Positions 48,201 through 60,200 of a DNA stretch of 64,000 nt are shown piece by piece. The stretch's first letter is position 1. Each line of letters begins with the position of its first letter. Made by a program: the position numbers and the translations under genes. Origin of the DNA: Vicugna vicugna (lineage: Eukaryota); assembly GCA_013265495.1 (NCBI GenBank), contig MU058289.1, positions 2,417,451 through 2,481,450 of the forward strand, given 5' to 3'. The notes below the pieces were generated by a model. It had not been told where the DNA came from, searched no databases, and was given only the letters and a program-made list of their open reading frames with translations.

Positions 48201-51200
48201 GGCTGGGGTCTGCTGCTCGAGGCACTCTGGGCCAGACTCCTGGCCTTCAGTTGAGCTGCTTTGAGCTCAGTTGCCTGCTTCATTTCTTTGAGTCTCTCTT
48301 TATCTTTTTGGGATAGAAATTCTAACACTGAAGTAGTTGCACCTAAATAAAACCAGTAACAGGAAGAGATGAAAAGGATCATAAGACAGCTGTATTTACA
48401 TTTCTCTCTACACACATTTTCAGTGCCACAAATGTATGTCATCGGAGATGTTTCACATTTGGTGTTTCATCTGTATTCATATTATCCCTGTGAACTAGAC
48501 AGTAACAATATAATGACTCCCCTGTTTCGCAGTAGGCAAAAGTGGAGGTTAATACGTGGATGTTTATCGGGCCAGTGAGTGGTCCTAAAATAAGGAACCT
48601 GACATTGTGGACTCCAGACCTCCAGTCTGCGGCAGCCACCACGTCCACAGTCCCGCCCAGGACCCGCCCTGGTTCCAAGCACGGCTACACATCACTCACT
48701 CACTCATGTCCCAGATGCTCACTGAGCACCCACTCTGCCAGGCCTGGGCCTAAGAGAACAACACAGATGAGGTCCTGCTCTCACTAGTGAGGGAGACGGA
48801 CATTAAAGAAACCAAAAATCAACACCAGAGGACTGTCAAAAAAAAAAAATCACACGTTCCCAGGCTGTGCAGGAAAAGTGAATGTACACATGGCCTTGGT
48901 CTTCACCTCATTCCTGGACAATTATTGAAAGTCTGAAAACTGCTGCACTCAAGACAGGGGTTATAATTTTAATGACACAATTCAAACTGATGGTGGGAAA
49001 GCAAGTCTGAAGTAAAGGATTCATACACTGTTGAGTATGCCATTCACAACAAACAATTTTATTTCCACAGTTTGCGAATATAAAACTACGTAAACAATTT
49101 CAATGGGAAAACGACTTTCCATTTTGATTTGGATAACTCAGAGTATTATAAATGCAATGATTTTAATCTTTTCCATGGCACGTACCTTGAGTAGGTGTTT
49201 CTCCGAGCAACTCTCCCCGCTTGGAGGCATTCAGTTGGTGTCTACTATGTGTCCCATGGTCATGCACTGGCTTTCCAGCTGACTCTGATAATACCTGAAG
49301 TAAGTGGGAGTTCTCAGAGGTTGCAGCCACCACAGGTCTGAAATAATGCACTGGTCGATAGTCTCTTGGCAGTTCGGGTGGTGGATAAATCTTGAACAAA
49401 ACAAAACAAAACTCAGAAAATGCAGGCTGCAAGGGGATCATGTTTGACTTAACCAAGAAAACCCATTACCTCTGAGCATTGTTAACCCCACCTTTTCCCA
49501 GGCTAACACTCAGCAGGTAGGCAGCACTGGGAACAGTCGGCCCAGGTGCCCAGGCAACATCCTCTCTGGATCTGGGGACAATCACCAGAACCGCACTGTT
49601 CTCATAGCCAGACCCTTTAAATAGCACCCCTACCCACTCCACATCGAGATGCTAATATGCATATCTTATACGAGGAGAACAATAATAACGATTATAGTTA
49701 ATACTACTGGCCCACTGTGAGTCAGAAAATTTAGAAAACTATGATTCAAGGCTTAGGGAAAAACATAATAACTTTAAATAAGTTACTTTTATATTCAGAG
49801 TTCTTTTTCTGGTTATGTTTCAGTTCCAATTTGGAGTTTCAGGCCTTACTTTTCGATTCAAGGTATTTTTAATTCAAAAGCTGACTGAACTGAGTTGGGA
49901 GGGTATAGCTCAAGTGGTAGAGCACATGCTTAGCATGCGTGAGGTCCTGGGTTCAATCCCCAGTACCTCCATTAAAAATAAATAAATAAACCTAATTACA
50001 TACCCCCCTCAGAAAAAAACAACAATGACAAAAGCTGACTCAACTGAAATTAAAATATATTTGGGAAATTTAGGCATTAATCATGGCAGAACAGGTAAGC
50101 TAAAGAAGTATCAGATACTTTAAAATTACTGTTCTAAGTGGTCTCCCTTGCTCTTGGTCTAACAAACACATTTATGGATAGTCCTGTTTAAGCCATTTTC
50201 TGGATTTTTCAGCTACCTGAAATTCTGAGCCCTGTAACCAGTGAAGCACTGAATGCTCTCCGGCGGTGGTTCAGCCCCAGCTGCAGGCTGGGCTCACCTG
50301 AGGGGCTTAGCAATACTAATGCCTGTGTCTCACCCCACAAAAGGGTCAGCTGTGGTTGGAGTTTCCCAAGCTTTCCAGGTGGCTGTGCAGCCTGGGGCGA
50401 GCATCTTGTACAATGACAGCCCGTGAGAGAGTGCTATAACCATTGCTAGGATACCTCTCTCCTTTTTTCTTTTTATCATCTTAGCCCTACTCCAGTGAGG
50501 AGCACCTCAGGACCCGACAACACCCATCTCTCCATTACGGCACTCTGCCCGCGACAGTGGGCGGTCGGTCTGTCTGGCACCCTCCCTAAACAGGAGCTTC
50601 TTGGGGGTCCAAGTCTTAGTCCTATTCATCCTTGAACCCTAAGTTGAATGAGTACTTAACTATGTTTATGCTCCCTTTTCATGCATGTAAAAAAAAGTCA
50701 CATTCTCCTTTGACATTACAGGACATTTCTGGTAATGATAACTGCATACTATGTGCCCTGCGCTGTTCTGAATATAAGCCCCTCGCTGTTACAAAACATT
50801 AACCGTCATGACTAAACAAAGAGGTACTTAACAAATGTTTGCTCGGTGGAAAACAAAAAGCCCATTAAAGCATGGAATAATCTAAAAAAAAGGATGTCAA
50901 CAAACAGCCAGCTGCCCCTCCTGAACTACCATACTGACCCGTGAGCACGTGGTTGTGATGATATGAAAGAGCACCACCTGGCCTCAGCTGTGAACGCGCT
51001 CACGGAAACAGGACTATCTGGAGAGGCATGGAGAGGTGTGTGGAGCTCTTCCCAAGACCTGACCTGCATGCTCCCCGCTTCTCTCTCTGTTGCTACGCAC
51101 AGGAGCCCAGGGAACCTTGCCTACAGCAGTTAATGTGCTCCACAGCGTTCAGGACAAGTCAGGATGGGGGGCTGTTACAGCTCTTTGGAATTTCCTGCTT

Positions 51201-54200
51201 TTCTTTAAGTTAAATATCATTTCCACTCTCCCACCAGCTTCTAATGTAATTCTTTTTTTTTTTTTAAGTTTTTTGTGTGTGTGTTGTGGGGGAGGTAATT
51301 AGGTTTACTTATTTATTTTTGAAGGCGGTACCGGGGTATTGAACCTAGGGCCTTGTGCATGCAAAGCATGCCCTCTACCACTTGAGCTACACCCTCCCTG
51401 CTAGTGTAATTCTTTCTTATTGGAAATAAGTATTCACTCAAAGTTCGGATTGTAAAGATCAGCAGTTAGATGTTTTGGGACACAGTATGGCTACTGACTG
51501 ACATTTCCAATGCAGAATGTTTTCCTGGACAATCACCAGTAACCAGACTATTGTTTTTTGAAAACAGAATTTGCTTCTCTTTTCAGTTATTAACACAATA
51601 ACTTAGGCTAGACAGCAGCAAATATTTAAAGTACTAAACCAGTTTAAAAAAAAAGTCTTACTTTCTTAGAAGATAAAGGTTTAGAAGCCAAGGAAAATCC
51701 ATCCAAAATTCTGCCAACATAGCGAAGATCTTTCTCTGTTTCTACAAAATTATGTATTCTGATTAATTTCAGAAGCACAGAAGATTAGCATAGGACAAAA
51801 GACCTCAGTATTTTATCTCCAAGACCATAAACACTACATATCATACGTGTTATCAGTAAAAGGGAGGAAAGAATGGCACATAAAGCCCTCACACCTCTGC
51901 TGACTCAGTGACTGGCGGCCCAGCCCACACCACCCTCAGATGATTAGGCCATTGAGTAACTATGGCACCTCAACATCATTATTTAAAAGAAGTACCTCTG
52001 GTCCCAAGCTAAGGGGCACCAAAGAATAGACTCTGTGGAGTAAAAGATCTCAAGAAAAACCATCAAACAAGAAGTATGGATAAAAATTAAAATAATGGAT
52101 TAGTGGATTTTTAATCTATATCCATGTTTTTATCCATAAGTTCTTCCAGAAACCAGTCCTTTCAGTAAAGTACTCCTTTTTCTCAAAAAAAATAAAATAT
52201 ATATATATACATATGTGTATGGATATGAATAAAATAGTATGGAGAAAAATAAAAATAATGGTGAGACCCACAAGCAAAATCACTACAAAATACAGCCAAC
52301 GACCACCCATCCCCACACTCCTGTCATTCTCACATTCAAGGCAGTCTGACAGTAACTCCACTTATCCAAAACATAGTAACCTACACATAAAGGATGCAAA
52401 GGTTTATGCTTATAAAATGATTACCATTTTATAAAGGATGTTAATGGTCTCGTGAAAAATGAAATAATGGTGAGAGACTCATTTCTAAAACTAGGTGAAG
52501 AACAATGAGGAGACCACCTCCCAATTTCCTTAGCAACCATCTAAATAAGGCATAAAAGCCAACATAACCAGGTCAGCCTGTAACAGAACCTCAGGACAGA
52601 TTAAAAGGTGCTTTTTGTCTTTTTCTCAAGTGAAATTTTAACAGGAGATAAAGATCCCTAATTCAGGGTATGGAATGACCAATGCCCTCTGACTTGCAGC
52701 CGGCGATGGTCTATTGGTCGTGGAGACAACCCCTTTGATTCTCAAGGATTTTTAGACACGTGACTGTTATGTCAAAAATCCATATGCATGAACTGCACTT
52801 TCTGTAGCCGAAAGCCCCTTCTACATGACCACCAGCACTTACACAAGCTGGGTGCTGAACCCTGAAGTGGTCAAGGCAGCACCGAGGTTTTCAGCCGCTT
52901 ATGATGCAGCACTGCCCTGTAACTACCCTTCCCTGTAAACTCATTCTTTGTGCTTCAACTGATGTAGAACTTTTGTACCAGCTTCTGGAAGTCCCTAAAA
53001 TTCTGTAGGGTAATTCAGGATTACATTTTACATTCTTGGAATTTTGTACTATTTTAAAACCCAGCAATCTACGTTTATGAATTCATTCTGAAGAAATAAA
53101 CAAATGTCTATAAAGAAAGAGCCATTGTCAAATGTCTATAAAGAGAAAGAGTAACACAGCCCTACCAATCATGAAAAGAAAAAAAAAGAACAATTTAAAA
53201 ATCAGCCATGGAGACTGGCTAAATATAGATTCACTCAGGGAAAAACCATAAGGTCAAAACTATAGATGTTGTGACCCTAAGAGTAGGAGAGGGGACCGCG
53301 GCAGAGAGGAGATAAGGGGAGGCTCGGGAGCTCAGAAGGAGGAACTGGTTTAGGCTTGATGTGGGGGAGGGGTGGGAATGGCCCAGCCAGGACAAAGGTG
53401 TTGTGTAGAGGGAAAGCCAAAGACTTGGCTCAGAGGCAGATTTAAACATGCATATCTATTACAGAGTAATAATTATTATATAATTAACATAGTATATTAA
53501 TATTAGTAATACAGTATATGTGTTTAATATGTTGATATAGTTGATATAATTAATAACTAGCATATGTTAATATAAGCTATAACATTAACTGATTAGTATA
53601 TTATAACATGAATAAAATATCATATATCTTCTCTTAAGTTATAAAAACAACACATAGTCTTAGTAGAAAAATCTGAAATTTTAGGTGCGCAAAAGAAAGA
53701 AAATAAAAGTAGCCTAATTCCTTCCTGGAGGTAACACCTACTAACTTCTGGGTGCACACCCAGCCAGCATCTTGCATAAAACCCTGGGTTCTTTTTGTGA
53801 CAATGACGACAGAGGCCCCTCATGCTTGCAGGGCGCTTGCTGGGTGCCAGGCACATTCTAAGCCGTTTATGCACGTTAACTCTCCTGGGTTAGATATGCC
53901 ACTGCTGTGCCCACCTGCTGAGGCACATGGAGCTGAAGCAGCCTGCCCAGGGTCACAGCTGATAAAGGGGCAGAGCCAGCACGGGAGGCCAGGCAGCCTG
54001 TCCTCAGACTTTGTGTTCACAACCATGAAGCAAACTACCTCTAAATGTTTTTGCACCTGCTTTTTTCTCTTCTAGAAATGTAAAGCCAGCACTACTGGGG
54101 GGAGCGATATTTAGATTATTCAAATTATTTCAACATGTTATGTTTTAGATATATTTTATAAGAGTATAGGTCGAACTTGATCTGACTACAGCTAAAAATG

Positions 54201-57200
54201 CCTGAATAGATTGTTTTATCTTGACTCTCACCTCCCCACTTTATTTAAGTGGTTGTTTTAGTAGGTGCCACTTATTCAGTCTTTGAGGCAGGTACTATGC
54301 CAAACCTGTGATGCCATTTAATCCTCACAATGACCCCTAGAGTGGATTTTATCCTCACTTTACAAATGATGCCCAGGGAGGTTACAAACCTTGCCCACAG
54401 TCACCCAGCTGGGTAGCAGAGAGCTGGGATTAAAATCCAAGTCTGACTGAATCCAAATCATGTGCCATTAAATATCTACTGATTCCTCCCTACACCTTTT
54501 CTGGAAAGAAAAACTGAAATACTACTTAGAACCCTAGGATCTGAATCACTGTAGACTCTGACTTGAAATTCAAGGTGCATTAAGATGTCCATCTCCAGGC
54601 TCAACAAGAGCTCCTCAAGAGCCAGGTACTCAAGTGAGGAGACGGGCTGGGCACCAGTTCCCTCTTGCTGCGGGCTCTCTGCACCCACCACCCGATCCCC
54701 ACGCCTGGCTTCCTGACCTGCTGCTTGAGTCAGCTTCCTTTGGCCATCTGCCCAGGTCCTTGAGCTGGGAGTGCTTCCCTCTGACCTGCACATAAGCAAT
54801 CACCTGATATCCCGACACTTGGTCTACCTACCGTCAGTTGCGGGTCTATGGAATTACCTTTCTGACTTTTATACTGCCTGGGTGCTGTCCAGCCATAGAG
54901 TCCATCTCCAGGCTCCTCGTCCTTCAAAACGGTGTCATACTTGGATAGAGTTTCTGTGGCATAGATATCATCATCTTCCTCTTCCAGGGCACCTACACCA
55001 AAAGCCTTCAAAGACAAGATTTCACACTCAGCATAACAGGTTTTAGCGTACGTCTGCATTAAAGCACACGGCTACTACAAGGATGTGACTGATCCCACCA
55101 TGTTAGCACTTCACCATCACCAAGAGAGAAGCGAACGGGAGCCCCAGATTAATACATGGATCCAAGTCTTTAGGAAAACAATGACCAGAAGTGAACGGCA
55201 TGCCCCCAGCGCTGGAGCTGTCCTCTAGGCTCAGACGCAGCCACGGGGCTGGGTCCTAGTGCAGGAAGAGGATGGGAGAGCGTATCCAAGCAGCAGTGCA
55301 GGGGGAGAAATGGGGCCTCCAACGGGAGAAAGGCAGAATGTTTGATCAGTGTGTGGGGGCTACTCTAACAGCTGCTATCAGAACTCCTAATCTTTGTGGG
55401 AAATGGCCAAGAACAAGTATCATTTTTTTTTTGTTAAAAGGACGGGGGGTAAAAAATGTATAGGAAAGAAAAGGTAATAATGAAATGACAAAGTAACCAT
55501 TTTCTAAATGAATTTTAAGAAAGAACCTCTGACTCAATTTGAGAGGACAATCAGGAAAAGCTCTCCATCTCCTCAAAGGTGAAAAGCAAGTCTCCTAGCA
55601 AAACACACTCCCAGGTCCTGACTTAGGACTTGCAGGGCTAGGAAACAGTCGGAGAGGTAGTAAAACTAGGACCTGAGCTTGGAGAGGCAGACTGTAATTC
55701 AACTACTAACTAAATCAAAGAGGTAAGTGTGGTTTTCTGCTCAGCCCCACAGGGGTGTGGGAAAGCAGCCCGCTCCTGGGAACAGACAAACTCCAACCAG
55801 AACACTAGGTCACAGGGTCTCAGGAGCACATATTCAAATCAGGAAGGTGTGCTCTACATGCCTTTGGACAAGCACCTAAGGAAAATACAATCCCTTTAAG
55901 GTCTTCATTTAGTCCACGAATAATGAGTGCCTACTACGGAGCAAACATAACATGGCAAGAATTCTCATTTGTTGATGTTTTCATGTTCTTAAAACAGAAA
56001 TGGTTTTACCTGGCCTGAAATTCCCAATTTTCTTCCTTTATTCACTCCAATATCTCCAAGAAGGTTGTCGGCTCCCTCGGGTCCCCCACTGAATAGATTA
56101 AAATGTTCTCCCGAAGTTCCAAACAGTGCTTGGTGGGGATCCAGGCCCTTGTAAGCCAGTCCATGTACATTATCTTTAGGTGTGAAATCCACGGGTGTGA
56201 CGTCTTTGGGTGCAAAGGTCACATTTTCAGGCAAGTAGTCATCATCTTCCTCCTATTTCCAATGTTTAAAAAGTGGAATGAAGGTGAGTCACTGCCTGGC
56301 GTAAAGCTTATAAAATACTATTTTCAAATGCAGTGATTAATTCCAAACAGGACAATTATCAAACTTTCATTTCTGCTGTTACAAAGGACTAAATCAAGTC
56401 CCTGAACAAATGGTACCGACACAAACAACTCCATTTGACGAATCTGAATAGACTTGGGGCATCTATGGGGCTGGCATGTTGCTGAATACATTATCTGACA
56501 GAATGAGGGTAGTTTTAGGGTATGGGCATTTCCCTACAAGGGGATCTGACTGATTTCTAAAATTGTTTCTGACCCTAAAATTTCACATTCATAAAGTAAC
56601 AGATGCCACTGTACCAAACAGATGCAGACATCCCACATAATACCTCAGATCCTTCAGAGCCTCCAGGGGGTAATGCACAGCCGTAGATTTTAACTCCAGG
56701 ATCTATAAAAAGAGATTCCAAATGCATTAGTCAGGGGCGACTAACAATATAGAAACCTGACTCACTGACACACTTCAGAGGTAGATGGCTGAGCTCGTAA
56801 AAGGTGTTCACTGATCACTCGGGGACTGTTTTCCACTAGCCCCAGCCCTACTCACACTCTGGCAATAATGCACGCAGTGAGTAACCACCACTGCCCAGAA
56901 TCATGGGGAATCTAAAAGTACTCCTGCCTCCAAGAGTTCACAGTCTGGCTGGGGAGACCAAAGGCCAAGAATAAAGAAAATAATCGTGTTAAGTTATAAC
57001 ACAATTTTGGCAAGGGTAGGAAACTAGACCTTTCACATGCTCATGGTGGGAATGTAAACTAGTACAATTCTTCCAGAAAGTTATTGTGCATTACACACAC
57101 ACACACACAAAAACCTTAAAATATGTGCATACTGCTTGACCCAGCAATTTTATTTCCAGAAACATGTAACCATTAAAAAGTATGCTATAAAAAAAAAGTA

Positions 57201-60200
57201 TGCTGTAGACAATCCCACTCCTGGGCATGTATCCAGAAAACATGAAAACTCTAATTCTAAAAGATACATGCACCCAGTGTTCACAGCAGCACTATTTACA
57301 ATAGCCAAGACTTGGAAGCAACCTAAGTGTCCACCAACAGATGAATGAGTAAAGGAATGTTACTTGGCCATAAAGAAGAATGAACCATTGGCATTTGCAG
57401 AAACGTGGATGGACCTAGCGATTCTCATACTAAGTGAAGTAAGTCAGAGAAAGACAAATATCATATGATATCACTTTTATGTAAAAATCTTTAAAAAAAT
57501 GATATAAATAAACTTATTTATATAACAGAAACAGACACAGACATAGAAAACACACTTATGGTTACCAAAGGAGGAACGGGGGAGGGGGATAAATTAGGAG
57601 CTTGGGATTAACAGATACACACAACTATATATAAAATAGATAAACAACAAGGACCTACTATATAGCACAGGGAACTATATTCAATATCTTGTAATTATCT
57701 ATAATGGAAAAGAATATACACACACACATATCTGAATCACTTTGCCATACACCTGAAACTAATACATTGTAAGTCAACTATACTTCAATAAAAAACAGAT
57801 TAATAATAAATACATAAAGTATGCTGTAGAATTCATGACAATCAATACACATACCAGGTTTCTGTCGGCGTGGTCTTCTCTTTACTCGAGGACCAATTCC
57901 TTGTCCTTCCTTCCAACCCATTTTTCTTAGCAATTCAAAACCAACAGACAATCTAGGATACCAAAGTACTGAAAATGAACTTCTTTTTAAAACGCTAGAG
58001 AACAGTAGGAAATAAGCAACTCACACAGCTGTCGCGCCTGAGCCCTTTCCCCCATCTGTGCCAGAACTGCATGGCCCTGCTGTTTCTGCCCCAGCTGATG
58101 GGACTTGCGGTACACGTCTGACCTGGGGAAGTTGACCAGATGCCCCCTCTCCCAGGCCTTTGGGATGGGCACATAGGTCATCTAGATGGTCCCTGTCAAG
58201 CAGGTGACCTGGGAAAGCATGACAGTCTGAGGCTGCCACATCAGGCCACGTGCCCTGGAGCAGAACAAGGAGGTATACAGAAAGAAAGGGTCGAAGGAGG
58301 GCGACAGGAGACAGTCCTTAAGGTCTGAGAGGCAGGAGGCAGGAGGGAAGCCACCCCAGTTCTTAATTGCTCTCCAGCTTCTATGAGCCCAGTAGCCTAA
58401 CCAGTGGCTGGAGCTCCAGAACACTCCATGTAGTAACAGTGTGAGGTCCTTTCAGCAAAACCCTCTTGTGCACTCCAGCCAGGCTAAGAAGGCTTCCCTA
58501 CCTGTAACCAAACTATCCCTAAGTAAGATCATCATACATATGTAAGGCAGTAACCCCAAGACCGGAAAAGTCAGAGTTAAATTCTTCTTACTTCGCTGGT
58601 GTTATGAAGTCATCCAGCAGAGTGGCTCCAGGAATAGGGGCAGTAGCAGCTGCTAACTGCCTGGCCTTTTCTCGTATTCTGTCTTTGGTTTTAGAAGCAA
58701 AATCATCTGTGGTAACAATCGCTTTAGGTGCTATCCCAAATTCACTAAGATCCTTAAAAAAATTCAAACAGAATTATTTACGGTATTCAGAAAGTCATTA
58801 AACATGATGTATCACATAGCTTTGTTTCTTAAAAATAAACAGTTAAAACTACGAAATTGAGTTAGGGGTCAACAGAGCAGCTGTTTTACACGTTGACTTT
58901 GGATAAGCTAAGGCCAGTGTGCGAGGACAGAGGCATGACAGTGGCCAGTGAATCTACACAGGCCCTGACAAGCTAGGAAGACAGGAAGGGCTGTGTTCTT
59001 CATTCTTCTTGGGCAATATCTCAAAGGTCAGCGTGAAGAGGTCACATCTTAGAGTTACAGCCTGCAAGCATTTGTGAGCACCTACATGCCAGGCCTGGAG
59101 TTAAGTGCTTCTGCATTTACTGGAGCATTACCGTCCACTCCCTGTCCAACAACCACTGCCCCTTCCTCTTTCCCCACAGAGCCCGGATGTTATCCGGCAT
59201 AGGCCTTGCTCTGAGCCACCATGCACTCCAGGAATGGTGTCCATGGGCTGTGTGTGTTTGGGCAGGGATAAGGTTAGCGAGTGGGGGTTCATGTCTTATC
59301 CAAGCCAGTCATTCTGATCCCATTTCCCTCCCCAGGGACTGCTTTAACAATGGGCATGTAAAACAGTGACCTTGGGCAGATGTGAGGGAAAATGCGTCAT
59401 TGGACTTATATGAATAGTTTCTTTGCTCTCAAAAAAAGATCCCAGGAAAAAAGTCTTCCTTCCCTTGGATAATATCCCAGATGTGCCACCTGGAGCTACT
59501 GCAGCCACCTTGCACCCACGAGAAGAGCTCATGTAAGAACAAGCTAATATGCAGAAGATGACTGAGAATCTGGGGCCTCGCTGACATCTTGACTTCTTGT
59601 TCCATGAGATATGTTTCCTTACAGATTATGCTAGTCATCCAGGAAGGGGACCTCTCCTTGCCTCTTACCTGCAGCCTAAAGCATGCCCATATAAGTATTT
59701 TACTTAATCTTTATCACAAAGGAACCCATGACTAGGTTCTAAGGTAACAGAGGTTTAATTTTACAACAAAACGGAGCCCACCCTGCAGACTGGTAGGACC
59801 ACTTTAGAACCCCTCACCAAGCCCAGGTACTCCTAAGAAGCTGGTGGTCAAGGTCACCTTAACAAGGTGACCAGATGCCTGCACAAGGCTTCTTTCATTC
59901 CCTTCTCTAGTCTAGTCACCCACTGTCCCTTTAACTGCAGTGCATGTAAAAGTCACTGTGGAAAGCTGTGGACTCAGCTCTGCGGACACTACACTTTCAG
60001 GGCAATTGGGGCTTTTTCAAGTAAATCTGCCTGTACATGACTTTCCCCTTATACTCCTGGCTTTAAAAGCTGGCACCAGCATGAGGCGTTACGCCAACAA
60101 ACAAGAATTCATGGATGTAGAGGCACTGTGAGGTCTAAGTACTGAAAGGATAATCTTACAAACGAAGAAGAAATCATACACTAAACTTTCTGGGGAAAGA

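Noticed and set aside
53460..53625. Very AT-rich tract with partial palindromes
   Set aside because: Low-complexity sequence, probably a decayed L1 tail; symmetry is expected from composition.
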